Shown: in pieces, positions 26,337-39,959 of the stretch | How positions within the stretch are numbered: the stretch's first letter is position 1 | Layout: each line of letters starts with the position of its first letter | Source: Eledone cirrhosa | Taxonomy: Eukaryota | Assembly (NCBI GenBank): GCA_964016885.1 | Contig: OZ024748.1 | Location: forward strand, 14,508,001 to 14,572,000 | Length of the DNA stretch: 64,000 nt | Direction: 5' to 3' | The notes under the pieces: generated by a model | What the model was told of the DNA's origin: nothing | What the model saw: the letters and a program-made list of their open reading frames with translations, nothing else | Database searches by the model: none | Program-made: the position numbers and the translations under genes

Positions 26337-26560
26337 ATACTTTGGGAGGGTCATGTTGCCAATAAGAAACACATGCACCAGTTGTTTCACTCTAATTTAT
26401 TATAAATTAAATTTATAAATTTAAGAATTTATAAATTTCCGGTTGGTTGGTTGGTTCCACAACCGGACGGTTGTTCATATATTGCCAAAGCATAACAATA
26501 TCGGTTTCAACACACGTTTTCATATAAAGAATCTTGCTAAACAAATTCAGAAACGAAATA
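26024..26560. mobile_element. Two copies of a TA-embedded repeat (first one folded back, 26024-26212), same family as 4370-4510
   Basis: Shared gggagggtcatgttgccaataagaaacac..tttccggttggttggttgg. The reverse complement is at 4370-4510. Confidence 0.7.
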
Positions 26561-26735
26561 TATATATAGTAGTAGTAGTAGTAGTAGTAAAGGTGCAATT
26601 GGATTGCATTCACAAGGGGTATGCCAAGATGAGCACTCGATACTATTGGGGAGCAGAGTATCAATAATAATTGTTTCTACTTTAGGCACAAGGCCAGCAA
26701 TTACCCAGTGCATTACTGGTACTTTATTTTATATC

Positions 26736-27030
26736 AATAATAATAATTAGGGAACAAAGAATCAGTGTTGCATCATATACATATTCAATTACATATCTTT
26801 CACTGCCGATTAGCTTGAGGAACAATCGATTATCTTTGATCCTGTCTCTGGAATTGAAGGTTCCTCAGATATGTGTTCTCATGTGAGAACACATATCTGA
26901 GCAGCTTCCAATTTCAGAGTCAGAAATGAACATAATCGATCATTCCTGATCAGCAGTGAAACATACGTAATATGTAATTAAACATGTATATGGAGCAATA
27001 CTGATTCTTTGTTCCCTAATTATTATTATT
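26736..27030. mobile_element. Older imperfect fold-back element with hammerhead-like core and enlarged domain II
   Basis: About 140-bp diverged arms centred on gttctc-atgt-gagaac (26880-26885). Plus strand: acatat-CTGAGCA (the other arm reads CTGAGGA)...GAAAC-ATAC-GTA-atatgt at 26891-26975. Confidence 0.6.
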
Positions 27031-27573
27031 ATTATCATTATATGTATATATATATATATATCATCATCATCATCTTCGTTTAACGTCCATTTTCCACGTT
27101 AGCATGGGTTAGACGGGAGTTGTCCCACTTGAGGCAAGGTTGGTTGGGTGACCATCTCTCGCTCATATAGGACTATCTGGCAGGTTTTCTACGGCTGGAT
27201 GCCCTTCCTAACACCAACCACATTTACAATGTGGAACTGGGAACGTTTTACCATGTTACCTACACAACCTGTTACCTATATATATATATATATCATCATC
27301 ATCATCATCACCGTTTTACGTCCGTTCTTCCATGCTAGTATGGGTTAGACGGGTTGTCCTGTTGTGGGCAGTGTCTGGTCGGCTGACCATGCCTTGCTCA
27401 TACAGGAACTGATTTTGGCTTGATTTCTACAGCTGGATGCTCTTCCTAACACCAACCTCATTTACAGTGAGTGCTAATACATAAGCATATATACATAAAT
27501 ATATGTGAGTCCCGGGTACAATCGGGGGTAACCACAGTAAGTAAGGTACTCAATATATTATTAGAGTGTAAAC

Positions 27574-27679
27574 ATCAAATTATATATAGAAATGGCTTCT
27601 ACAAGGCTAGAACTTTTCATTCGAAAGAAATCATCAGGAAAGCCCTAGTTCTGTAGAAGCCATTTCTATATAAAATTTG

Positions 27680-27681
<2 letters not shown>
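27574..27681 (-). mobile_element. Hairpin element with CUGAUGA-stem II-GAAA core lacking stem III
   Basis: About 45-bp imperfect stem closing ctgatga-tttctttcgaat-gaaa on the minus strand (tcatcag at 27631-27637). Tail toward 27500 with acactct and gagtacct. Confidence 0.55.
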
Positions 27682-27710
<29 letters not shown>

Positions 27711-28084
27711 CATATATAAGCTGTTTCTTAAACCATTCAATCATTTTCTCCCATTAGAATTTACTTCAAACATCATTGAATGTTTTCTTTAGTTTTCATA
27801 TTTATTCTAAAGAAAATTAAGACTAATTGCAACATCAAATACAAATAAAACAAATCTATACTAATTAGCAAGTGGTGCAGTGATTTGTGTATGTGGATGA
27901 GGGTGACACTGGGTGGGGTGGGGTGGGGTGAAACCTGAAAGAATAAGCTCAGACATCAAATTGAAATAAAATAAGTTTTAGGTGACAGCATAATTATATG
28001 GTTAAGGTGATTACTTTGTAAGCCTTGGGGTTTCAAGTTCAATATATAACAAGGGCATTTGTTATGTTTCAAACAGCAGGTTAA

Positions 28085-28265
28085 TAATGTTTCTACTTTT
28101 GGTACAAGGCCAGCAATTACCCCAGTGCATTACTGGTGCTTTATTTTATCAACCCCGTGAGGATGAAAGGCAAAGCTAGTCTGGAGGGATTTGAACTCAG
28201 AACGTAAAGGGCCATATTCTATGCTGCAAAGCATAGTGCTAACACTCTACCAATACTGCCAAACC
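28085..28265 (-). mobile_element. 7970-family SINE
   Basis: Reverse-complement match to the family. Confidence 0.75.
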
Positions 28266-28862
28266 GAAAAACGTTAGTTTTATTACTAAAAACCCCACAA
28301 ATTTTTCATTATTTTCTAAATTATTCGAAAATCATATGCAGTGTCTTTCATTAGAAATAGGGTAATGAAAGGGTTAAACAGGTTAGAATAAACCATCAGG
28401 GACAAAAAACAATTATACAATTTAATAGAATTATATTGAAATCAAAGAAAAATAGGATTACAATAGAACACAGAAATGAAGTTACTAGTAGAAAAATTAA
28501 CAGAATGATATAATAATACTAGAATTAATTTGTTGAGTGAATGCTTTGAGCATTCTTTCTAAAAGCAGAAATAATTACATGCTTACATGCTTTAATTCTA
28601 TGGCAAAAATATAGGAAAGCTTGAAGCATGTCTAATATATTGTCCTGCAATATAGTGGGAAACTGCAATATAGTAAAAATTAAAAATATAGTTATGCATT
28701 TTCTTTTTCCTTTATTTGTGTGTTTTTCATATAAATAAAACCAATAGTTTTAATTGCATTCTTGTTTTAGAAAATATAGTAATTTCGAAAACATTCCCCA
28801 CCATAAGATATTATTTATTGGTAAATTAAGAATGATTTATTCCAGATCTTAAAACTATTTAT

Positions 28863-29135
28863 GGGTGCAGACATGGCTGAGTGGTTAGGGAGTTTGCTCA
28901 CCAACTCTTAGATTCAGGCTCAATCACACTGTGTTGCATCTTTAGAAAGTGTCTGCTACTATAGCCTCAGATTAACCAATGTCTTATGAATGTGTATCCC
29001 ATATATGTGTGTGTATTCATTTACCAAACTTGAAAAAATAAGTACTATATTTGATGTGGTTGACTAAATCCCTTCAAAGTAGTGCTCTAACATGGTCACT
29101 GTCTACTAACTGAAACCAGTTAAAAGAGTAAAAGA
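28863..29135 (+). mobile_element. Degenerate tRNA-headed SINE with TAAAAG tail
   Basis: ggtgcagacatggctgagtggtt head, tail atggtcactgtctactaactgaaaccagttaaaag. The tail recurs at 14110-14165 and in tandem at 36470-36770. Confidence 0.55.
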
Positions 29136-30454
29136 AGAGAGAAAAGAAAACGTGGTCAAAACTGAACAGATGATCATTACTAAGACACTATGTTAATAAT
29201 AATCCTTAAGTTTACCTTAAATGTTGAAATCTACATCGTGTTCTAGCATAAATATTTATTATTTATTTAATTACTTCACTAATCATATGCATGTCATTCA
29301 AATTTGACTGAATCATAGAGGTATTCATACTCTGATGAGGACAAACAAATGTCTGAAAAGTATAAGAATAATCTCATGTTTTTCTATGTACAAAGGAAAC
29401 ATTGAAAACGTTTATACTTCACACATTCATTTTGTCAGCCACAGCCTGAAATTGATAAATAATAGTTATTTATAACATGCTGAGTTTCTGAAATTATGTT
29501 GAATGCTGATTAAACAGACTAAAGTAGGTAGAGGGAGAGAGTGTGTGTGTGTGGTTATTGATTCTTCTTCCTTAATTAGGGAGTGGCTCATGATATTCAG
29601 ACCTTAATTATGGACTACCCCTCCTCCCCGCCTGATATTCAGACCTTAATTAAGGAGTGGTCCCTTTCAACCTTGAAAATACAGAAATAAAAAAATTCAT
29701 AATTTGATTAGTATGCAGTCTATTTAACTCTTATGATACTAAACCACATAAACCCCCCGTTCTATGATACTAAGCTGTTTATTTTGAAGTATTTATATTC
29801 ATACTTATCAAAAACCCTTCCACCATAAGGTTATGCAAGAACCTTTGTTAAGTTATGGTTCAAACTCTAGCTTAATTATGTGAAAGCTAGTTATATAACT
29901 GAACCCCTCCAAATTCTTGATAATTTTCAAAATGATGTGAAAATCATTCACATTTTCTTTCATTATAACAGTGTTTTGCAAACTTTTTCAAGCGGGTAAC
30001 CATTTTTGGTTCAGAATTTTTTTGTGGTACTCCAAAGTTTAAATATACATATATAAATATCTTCATCATCATTTTACGTCCACCTTTCCCTGCTTGCAAG
30101 GGTGGGATGGGTCCTATATATATATACGAGTGAACCAATAGCAAATAAATGTTACACACCATTACTATATATATATATATATAATCAGCAGTTTTACATT
30201 TCCATTTCCATGTTAGCATGGGCTGGAAGGGTCTTTTTGAGGTAATGTTTTATAGCCGGTTGCACTTCCTGACACCAATCTCTTTAATTGCTTCTAGCAT
30301 GCAGGATACAGTTCAGTATATGTATTCAAAATTGGATACACACAGCTGTGTATATATATATATATACATATATTAATTTATAACTCTATAAAGTTAACTG
30401 TTTCTAATACAGTTTATTTCATATACATATATATATACTTATATACATATATAT

Positions 30455-30650
30455 GAAAAGAGTCAAGACCCCCAATGGCTGAGCTATGGCTGTTCCGACA
30501 GCTAGATCCAATCAGTTCAGATCTAGCTGTCAAATTGCCCGGAGCTCAGCTCTCGGAGTCTTGAATCTTTTCATATTACCCACTCTACTACTCCAAGTAT
30601 CGAGTACTCTGGTGCCTTATGGTCCACCTGGTATCTTACCACACCCTTTT
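30455..30650 (+). mobile_element. Diverged copy of the 59437 fold-back family
   Basis: Imperfect inverted arms gaaaagagtcaagacc.../...gagtcttgaatcttttc, and the same tail (ttacccactctactactccaagtatcgagtactctggtgcc..tggtccacctgg). Confidence 0.7.
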
Positions 30651-30666
30651 TGTTATATATATATAC

Positions 30667-30817
30667 ATATTGAAAGGATAACAAGGACGATTGATTACTC
30701 CTTCATTGCATTTATTGGTAGGTGACGCGCGTTTTGCCACTGATCAGCGAAACGCGCGTCACCTACCAATAAATGCAATAAAGGAGTAATCAATCGTCCT
30801 TGTTATCCTTTCAATAT
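30667..30817. mobile_element. Fold-back element retaining the 3' half of a hammerhead (GAAAC-GCGC-GUC)
   Basis: About 65-bp inverted arms. gaaacgcgcgtc at 30749-30760 is mirrored by gacgcgcgttt. The inversion point falls in the stem II/CUGA region (ctgatcagc). Tail to about 30920, then (TA)n. Confidence 0.7.
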
Positions 30818-31140
30818 ATTACACTCTGTATAGCTCTACACCTCATCACAGAAGTGAACCTAAACATCGAGTGCTCTCCCTGGTGAACCTGCAGTAACTC
30901 CAAGTTACACCCCCTGGATATATATATATATATAAATAAAACCTACCTTAATTTACAACTCTATATAATTAATTGCCTCTAATACATTGGTATCTCAATG
31001 AAAGGACAAGATATATTAATACATTAATAAACTAATAACCTACTTGGAGAAATATTAATATATATATATAAAGGTAGAACACTGGAAGGTAATATCCGTA
31101 GTGGTAGAGCACTCAGTCCATGGGACGAATTTGGTAGAAG

Positions 31141-31336
31141 TAGTAACACAACAGTTAGTTCACCATACCGAGAACAATTGTTTCACCTTATGCGGATCTT
31201 CAGCTCAGACTGGCAATGGTTATACGGACAGTAGTAACAGAACAGTAGTTCCATATAACCATTACCAGTCCGAGCTGAAGATCCGCATAAGGTGAAACAA
31301 TTGTTCTCAGTATGGTGAACTATAGTTGTGTTACTA
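31141..31336. mobile_element. Fold-back element with head-to-head hammerhead ribozymes
   Basis: About 85-bp inverted arms. Plus strand: CTGAAGA 31275-31281, short stem II cc/gg, GAAAC-AATT-GTT 31294-31305 with palindromic loop, stem I accagtccgag/ctc(a/g)gtatggt. Confidence 0.75.
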
Positions 31337-33224
31337 TATATAGATCCATGTGGTGCTTCTGTCTGATAATCCTGTTAATACAAGAGTGAAACTCCTGAGT
31401 AACAAGATGTATCACTTAGCCATAATAAAGAATATGTATATGACTGAGTGAACATTCAAGCTTTGATTTTGCCTTGTATACTCAGTAAAGTTATTGATGA
31501 TTGTGGGTCAAAGAAGTTAGTTTAGTCTTGCTAAATACATAATAGCCACTTTAGTGTTAGTAATGCATTCAGTGCACTCTGTAAAGTGATAGTGTTGGTA
31601 CAATATTAAAATGCACTCAGTGTACTCAGTAAAATTGTTGTTGTTATTAAGGGAATCCAACCAGCCAGAAGAAATCACCTCAAAAATGGAATGTATGTGT
31701 GAGATGTGCTTGTCCAACCCATCGACTGTTCAACCATGGTGACTCGTCCAACATGACAAGCAGACATAAAATGAAACTGAATAAATAATGAAGATGTGAA
31801 GAGTTTCATCTTGAATTTGAGATATGAACTGAGATCAGAAATTATGTATTACTGATCTCAGCAAAGGATTAATTATCTGAGATTAATTAAAGATAAAAGA
31901 TTCACATCAAATTCATCTGTGAGTGTGTGTCTGTCTGCGTCCATCTGTGACTGTGTGTATGTGTCTGTGTGTGTTTGTGTCTGTATGTCTTTGTCTTTGA
32001 TTGTGTTGGTCTGTGTGACTGTGTGTGCATGCAGTGATGCATGAATAATTGTTTCTAATCATGACAAGTTTAATCATAGCATGGAGAAATTTACATTACC
32101 ATTCCACAATTTAATATTGTCTGATAACAGAGGTCATCTGATTAACCCTTTTATTACCAAACTATTCAAACCTAACTCTGTTCTAGGAAATAAAACCAAA
32201 CATTTTAAAGGGCTTCTATTTAAATTAAAATTTTCCAATATAATTTTCTGCAAGAACCTTATGTTAAGTTATTAAGTAATTAAATAATCATTTAAGGGAA
32301 TCCCTAAAAATTCTTCATTAATCCTTTTATTACCAGACCAGGCACAGTGAGTCTGGTTCTATGAAATGAACCGCCCATTTTAAGGGTTTCTATTTAAATT
32401 GACATTACCCAACATAACTTTATATGAGAACCATATGTTAAGTTAATATCTTAGTAATGAAATAATTAATAGTTTTACTAAGTCCCACAACATACTTCAT
32501 TAATTAAATGAAATAAAGTGTATTTCATTTGGTCATGAAAGGTTTACCACCCACACTTATTCCTTCATGACTGATACTGTATCCTCTTTCAGCAACTTGT
32601 AACATTTACCCCACACAATTCCTCATATTTCTGCATATATATGTAATCCAAGCTCTGCATATGCTTGTCTTTATGTATGTATATATATGTGCGTATGTAT
32701 GTATGTTTGTGTGCATGTGTCTTTATGTATGTCTTTGTGTATGTATGTGAGTCTTGATGTATGTACATATGTATGTGTGCATGTGTTTTTATGTATGTCT
32801 TTATGTGCATATGTATGTAAATTTGTAGGTATGTATGTGTGCATTAATGTATGTTTGTATGTAAGTATGTATGTATGTAAGTTTGTAGGTATGTATGTGT
32901 GCCTTTAAGTATGTTTGTATGTATGTGTGTGTGCATGTATCTATGTATGTACTTGCTTCTTTGCATACATATATATATATAAGTATGTATGTGCATTCTT
33001 GAATGATTGTGTGCGTGTGTGCATCACCCTAGATTTATGTATGTGCGAATATGTTTATGTCAACACTTCAATTTCTCAGCTCATTTGCACTCAATTTTCT
33101 ATGACAACTTACTCTTGTTACAATAGTGTAAGTAAATATATTGTCTAAAATAGTCTGTGTGTAAAAATATTATCGACAGTAGTCTGCGTATATATATTCT
33201 GTAGAATTGTCTCTCTCTTTATTT

Positions 33225-33270
<46 letters not shown>

Positions 33271-34543
33271 ATATATATATATACACATATATATAAACAA
33301 CACAATATACATATATATATATAAACAACACAATATATATATATATATTTGGTTTATGCTTCATTGCTATATGCCATCGGCATACCATGACACATAACTC
33401 ATAAAAACCTACTTTCCAATCCAACAGAGAAACATTTTTTATTTCAACATAGTTTCTTTAGTGTCAACATAGTTTCTTTAGTGTCTAACCCTATGATACC
33501 CCTAGTTCCTCTTACTTTAACCTTTCTGTTATCATATTTCTAATGAAAGACACTGTCTACGATTTAGGTCTTATAAGCTCATGGCTGCACACCAAGGCTT
33601 TCAAATTATTCAGGCCCCCTTTATAATTTCCATCCAGTAACAGTGCTGCAGCAAAAGAAATTGACAGGCCTCTATTCTCTGCAGTGCTTTCTAGACCTCT
33701 TGCGGCCATCTGGCCTTAAGTTAAGTCAATTTTTATTTGACTGTGTTTTTCAAATCCAGAATTTGGAGCAACTTAATATAATGGACACACTTGTTAATTC
33801 TCTGGAATTTAAATACATCCATAAACAGTTATATCTCGATATTTTACTACAGAATATTCTTTAAAACAGACAGTGAATTGGCAGATTTGTTAGAACATCA
33901 GATAGAATGATTTGTGGTATTCATTTCTTGTCTCTGCTTTCTGAGGTCAAATTTGCCTTTTGTCCTTTCAAGGTTGATAAAAAAAAGTACCAGTCAAGTG
34001 TTGGGGACGATTCTTCCTCTGTGTCTCTTTCTCACTTGCATTCCTTCCTGCTTTATCCTTCTTTGGAAGAAATCTGCTGTATTCAGACCTGGAGAGGAGA
34101 TGGGCTCTGCCAGGTTAAAAAGAATGTGTGTGTGCATGCATGCGTGTGTGTTTACAGAGCTATTTGTACTACAGAGAGAGAGAGAGAGAGAGACTTTAAA
34201 TATTATATATCTCTTTAAATGTCATGAAAATATAAACTATTATAAGAAACATTACATTCTAAGAAATCCAAATCAAATATGGTCAAACCTTGAACTAGTC
34301 GATATGATAAATATTTATTCATGCAAATATCATCAATATTTGAAAATAAATATCCCAGATCATATCATTCTGTCATATTCCATGGAAAATACTAATGTCT
34401 CCTACTTGTGCGAGCAATGGTGCTGCATATGTAAACAGCAATTAATCATTTCTGCATATTTAAATAAACTGGACAAATATGACATATTTCCTGATATAAA
34501 GACCTTAGAGTTTATAGTGTGTTAATGTGAGTGGATATATATA

Positions 34544-34595
<52 letters not shown>

Positions 34596-34605
34596 TATAT
34601 GTACA

Positions 34606-34653
<48 letters not shown>

Positions 34654-34827
34654 CATATATGTACATGTGTGTGTGTATATATATATATATATGTACATAT
34701 TTGTACATATATATATATATAAATATATATAGTGTAGAAATTTGTGTGTGTGTGTCTCCTGTGGAATATTTGATGCTAAACAGACCTTAGGTTTCAAAAA
34801 AGAATTAATATATAGATTGTGTAGAAT

Positions 34828-34866
<39 letters not shown>

Positions 34867-34939
34867 TCGACAAATAAGCAATATTTCGTACTATAAACAT
34901 CTTATGTTTTGAACGAGTGTTAAATACTGTAGAATCCTG

Positions 34940-34977
<38 letters not shown>

Positions 34978-35634
34978 GGAATATTTGATACTACATCGAA
35001 TCTTGTTTCAAATCATATTCAAACTTTTCATGATCAGATTTCTAATGAAAGACACTGCTTATTATTTGCAAAATATCAAGAATTTGGAGGGATTTAGTAA
35101 TAGAACTAATCTGCTCATTAATAAGCTTGAGTTTAGAGCATAACTTTAAAAAGTTCTTATATAAAATTATGGCGGAAGTTTTTTAGATAAAAATAATCAG
35201 TTTATAATATAGAATTTTGTATTGTAGGTAGAAGGGCCTGCCTTACGTAGAGGAGCCTGTTCATAAAATATATTGCAGTCTCTATTTCATGCTGCAAAAA
35301 CTGGCAACAGGCCTGCAACCTGTACTGGGAGGTGTTGGATGGACACACAAATATTGTATTTCCCCGAGACCCCAATGAGAGTCCAGAAAAGAACAAACCT
35401 TGACAATTGGTATTGTAGAATAAGGAATGGTTTCAGACAGTTTATTATTGAAAGTATTATTAAATATTTGGCGTGAAGTCATGTTTGTGTATAAATTGAA
35501 CAAATAAAGCATGTTTGATGCTATACTGACTTAGGTTTTCAAAGGAAAGTTAACAAATATTTAGTGTAGAGTCACTAAGAGTAGTTACACCATATTGTTG
35601 TTGTTGTAGTGGTTGTTTGTAAATTTCTCTGGTA

Positions 35635-35860
35635 GGAAAGAATTGGTGGACAGATTTTATGGGAAAAATCAGCCAGCAGGAGTACCAACTGTAGACCCCG
35701 AGATAGATGGTTGGATAACATCCTTGAGTTTGGCTGATTTTGTTTGGGGTTCCAGCCAGATCAATTGGAGATGATACTTCTGACAGGACCTGCTGGAAGG
35801 ATTGTTTCAGTATTCTTCCCCAACAACCCTCTCAGGAATAAGTGGGAGAAGAAGAAGTAA
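35635..35860 (+). mobile_element. LINE 3' end, (GAA)n-tail family
   Basis: gggttccagccagatcaattggagatg..ttctgacagga..accctctcaggaataagtgggagaagaagaag matches the reverse complement of 3410-3640. Confidence 0.6.
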
Positions 35861-37256
35861 TGAATCCTTTCCTTAACATATTTCTAATGAAAGACACTGG
35901 CTATGATTTTCAAATAATTTTGAAAATGATCAGAATTTGGAGAGATTTAGTAATAAAACTCTCTTTCTCATTGTTAAGTTGGTGTTGAAAAATGAATTAC
36001 TGGGATTGATATGATCAACTGAAATTCATTTGTGACAATGCCCCAATATGACTGCAGCCTAATTTGTGTGTGTTTATGATTGTGATGGTGTCTGTGTGTA
36101 AATCCAGTAACTAACTCTCTAAGTCTAAAGACTGCCTCAAGCCAGGAGACTTGTCAGGCTGGTGCTTATCCTGGTTTCATGGTGTGAAGCAACTGAGAGT
36201 ACAAGACTTCCTCCAGTCCATCGTAGGGTTAAACCTTCAGCTATCACTGGTACCCATTTTCAGCTGAGTATACTTGAGCAACGTGAAATGAAGTGTTTAG
36301 CTGAAAAACACAACACACAACCCTGCCCAGGAATCGAACCCACAACATTATTATCATAAATCCAACACACTTACTAGTAGGCATCCACAAGTAACTAAGT
36401 GGTTCAACAAAATAGATGAAAAATAGGTGTCAGACTTGAACAGTTAAAAAAGTACTAGAGTGAACATGATCAACTTATGTCCCTTTAAGGTCCCCGGCAT
36501 GGCCACAGTTTAGTGAATGAAACCAGTAAAAGTATAAAAGCAGTCATTCAGAAAAAAAATACAGAAAGAAAGAAACCGCAAAAACTATGTATGCTTGAAA
36601 AATATCCCTTTAAGCAGTGCCCCAGCATGGCCCTACTCTAATAACAGGAACTAGTAAAAGAATAAAAGAATGAAAGCAGTCATTCAAAAATAATAAAAAA
36701 CAGAAAGGAAACAAAAAAAACTATAAATGCCAACATGGCCACAGTCTAATAACTGGAATCAATAAAAGAACAATTTCCTGATCTAAATAAATACCATTAT
36801 ATGGAACTAAGTCAGTAGATTATTCCATAGATGAATGGCTTCATGTTCCATCATAACAACATTGCTATTTCTAACCATCTTAAAGATTTAACCAAAACAA
36901 AATCAAAATCTCAAACATTTTAGATTCTATTTGGTATTTAGTAAAAATACTTGTATTTTACTTAGAAATGGCTTTATTTCAGATACTGGTAAAAAAGCAA
37001 ACAAAAAATTTCCTCCCCGACCTCATTAAACATACATGCAGACACACACAAGCAAACACACACACACAAGCTAACATGTACACACACAAGTAAACACACA
37101 TACGCACACAAGCAAACACTTACATACACACACACAAGCAGAATATTTTGTACCATACCCATCTTGGTAGTATGCCATGATGGGTATGTTACAAAATATT
37201 CTGTGTGTGTAGTTTGCGCATGTGTAAACATTTATGCATATATATTTGCTCATGTG

Positions 37257-37296
<40 letters not shown>

Positions 37297-37589
37297 TATA
37301 TGTATGTGTATATATTTGACAATGTGTGTGGTTTACAAAAGTATGTGCAAGTTTCTATGTACATGCATATGTATATATATATATATGTGTGTATGTGTGT
37401 AATATATATATATGCACGTATATATGTGTGTGTATTTGCATATGGGTGTGTATGTATATGTAGTATATACACATATGTTACCGTAATTCTATTTCTGTTG
37501 TTTTACATGAGGAAATTCTATCTGTACATTTCTGATAGGAATTATACATTTGATTGAGTCCTGTTGAAAGTACATCAGCAAAAATAGTG

Positions 37590-38060
37590 AACCACCACCA
37601 CAACCACCACCACCACCACAACCACAACCACCACCACCACTACCAACAACAACAGCACCATCACAAACAGCAGCGACAAAACCATAACCAATACTGTTAA
37701 CACCAGCAACACCACTACCAACAACAACAACAACAACAAAATTATCACCAATACTGTTATCACCAGCAACACCAACACCAACAATGACATACCAATAACT
37801 ATACCACCACCATTACCACCATAATCACTACCACATACAACATCACTAACACTGTCACCACCATTACTACCACAAGCAGCATCACAACCACTGCCACCAG
37901 CCCCACCACCCGTACCATCACAACAGCACCAGCACCATACAGCAGTACTAGCATCACAACTAGCCCAACCATCACCATCAGAACCACCACCAGAATCATT
38001 ATACATCAGTACCAGCACCATAACCAGTACTACCACAAACTCCACCACCAGCAACACCAA
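37590..38060. repeat. Degenerate (CAC/CAA)n low-complexity tract
   Basis: Visible directly. Explains the poly-Val/Leu ORFs. Confidence 0.9.
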
Positions 38061-38478
38061 CATTGAGGACACTATGTCAGATGAAGAGCAGTGATGTGTG
38101 AAAACTCTAGTAAACCTTAAAATTAATCCTCTTTGTTCTCAGTACCAACTACTTAGACAAAATCTCAAAGTTGTAAAACTAAAATAATATTTGCTTTCAT
38201 TCAAAGCATCCATTTCTCAATTAATTCTAAGTGCTGGAATCGAAAGAGTCTCAAAGACTTTCTCCTCTCATCCTTTTGTTCAAAGTTTTAAGTAAAACTA
38301 GTGTTTTATTTATAAATATATAATTATAAAACTTGAAGGATATTCAATAATAAAATATATCAAAGAAACATAATGTAAATTACAATAATTATATCAGTGA
38401 AATGTCTTTTGGTGTTGTTTCTGGAAATTCTTGGAAATTGTCCAGGTACACACACACACAGACAAACATATATACACG

Positions 38479-38512
<34 letters not shown>

Positions 38513-38762
38513 TGCAAAAATTAAAGGAAACAACAATGCAAATAACATAGTGTAATGAAGAAATATATTGGTTTAAAACTTGATATAGTAGGAAAAGATT
38601 CTTTACGTTTCAGACAATAGTCCTTTATCATAAGATAGAATGAGAAATAAAAGATAAGATAGAAAGATTGCAAGTAAGAAGATGAAGGAACAGAAATATT
38701 TTTTTCAGAAAAAGCATGTGTGTATTCAGTCAGCAATAATTATGCATGCATGTATATATGTA

Positions 38763-39063
38763 CAGGGCTATATTTAATGGGGGCAAATGTCCTGGGCTCC
38801 CTGCAGTGTGTGTGTGGGGAGGGGGGGCACCGGCGATAGCTGTGGCAATTTATTTGTGCCCTCAGCTGGGCCTTTTAGTTTTAGGATAGTTACAATTTTT
38901 TAATTTAACACCTGTTGTATAACTTTTCACTTCCAATTACTTGCGCCAAGCTAAATTTGGTATGTAAAATTGGGGGCTTGCTACATATTCTAATTTTTTT
39001 GTGTATGAGGGGCCCCCCAAACCTGAAGTGCTCTGGGGGTCCTAAGGTCTAAATCCAACCTTG
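38763..39063. mobile_element. GC-rich MITE-like element with degenerate TIRs
   Basis: cagggctatattta ... taaatccaaccttg with internal ggggccccc blocks, embedded in (TATG)n. Confidence 0.4.
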
Positions 39064-39524
39064 TCTATGTATGTATGTAAATGGTGAACAGAAAACAATA
39101 CAGTACAATGAAGATATATATTATTTTAACACTTGATATACTAGAAAAGGAATCTTAATACAAGTCCTTCCTCAGAAGATAGAATGAGAATTATAATAAA
39201 AAAACTAAAACAATGGAGGAATGTGAAAGAAGCAAGAAATAGGGAAAGAATTTTTGGAGAAAAAGCAAGTGTTCAGTTCATAGCCCTTCATCTCACACAC
39301 ACACACACACACACATATACATGTGAATGTATGCATATATCTTTTTTCTAAGATTACTGCTTAAAACAAGCCAAAAACGCTCACTTATCAAAAAATCAGC
39401 AAAAACATTTAGATTCGAACTAAATTTGGAGTATTTTATTAGAAAGAATTAATAATTAAAGAATTTAATGGTGAAACCAACCATAGTGATGCATATATGC
39501 ATTAGAGCAAAAATGGCAAATATG

Positions 39525-39740
39525 ATATGATGATGGTGATGGTGGTAATGGTGATGATGATGTTAATGATGGTGGCAGTGATGATGATGATGGTGTTAAT
39601 GGTCATAATGATGATGATAATAGTGAGGGTAATAATGATAATTGTAGTGATGGTCATGACGATGGGGATAATGATGGGGATAATGTTGGAAATGACAAGG
39701 ATGATGATTACAATGATTATCATAATGATGATAATGATGG
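39525..39740. repeat. Degenerate (GAT)n tract
   Basis: Visible directly. Confidence 0.9.
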
Positions 39741-39913
39741 AAGTTGGCTGGTACAGCTGTTTTCTCAGGTGGTTAACTTTGCACAATATTTTCAATCTTG
39801 AAACTATGCCAAAGAATATAAACCAATATATAATCATTTTCATTGCTTTCATTCCTTCTATTCAAATATTTATGCAAATTTAGCCATTATCTGTATGCAT
39901 GTGTGTGTGTGTG

Positions 39914-39959
<46 letters not shown>

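Noticed and set aside
34505-34881. Many ORFs rich in [12 protein letters not shown] (also at 4092-4408, 32589-33424, 37071-37557, 47720-48305, 51980-52592)
   Set aside because: These are translations of dinucleotide microsatellites that lack stop codons, not genes.
35229-35480. Higher-complexity stretch with overlapping short ORFs
   Set aside because: No consistent splice sites with an open frame and no recognisable domain. Probably a decayed repeat.
37575-38072. 165-aa hydrophobic ORF resembling a membrane protein
   Set aside because: It is the reverse strand of a (CAC/CAA)n low-complexity tract.
38075-38115. cagatgaagag...gaaaactctagta hammerhead-like string (also ctgatga at 45271, 57853, 60087)
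   Set aside because: The core is incomplete or there are no pairable stems I/II. Such short matches are expected by chance.
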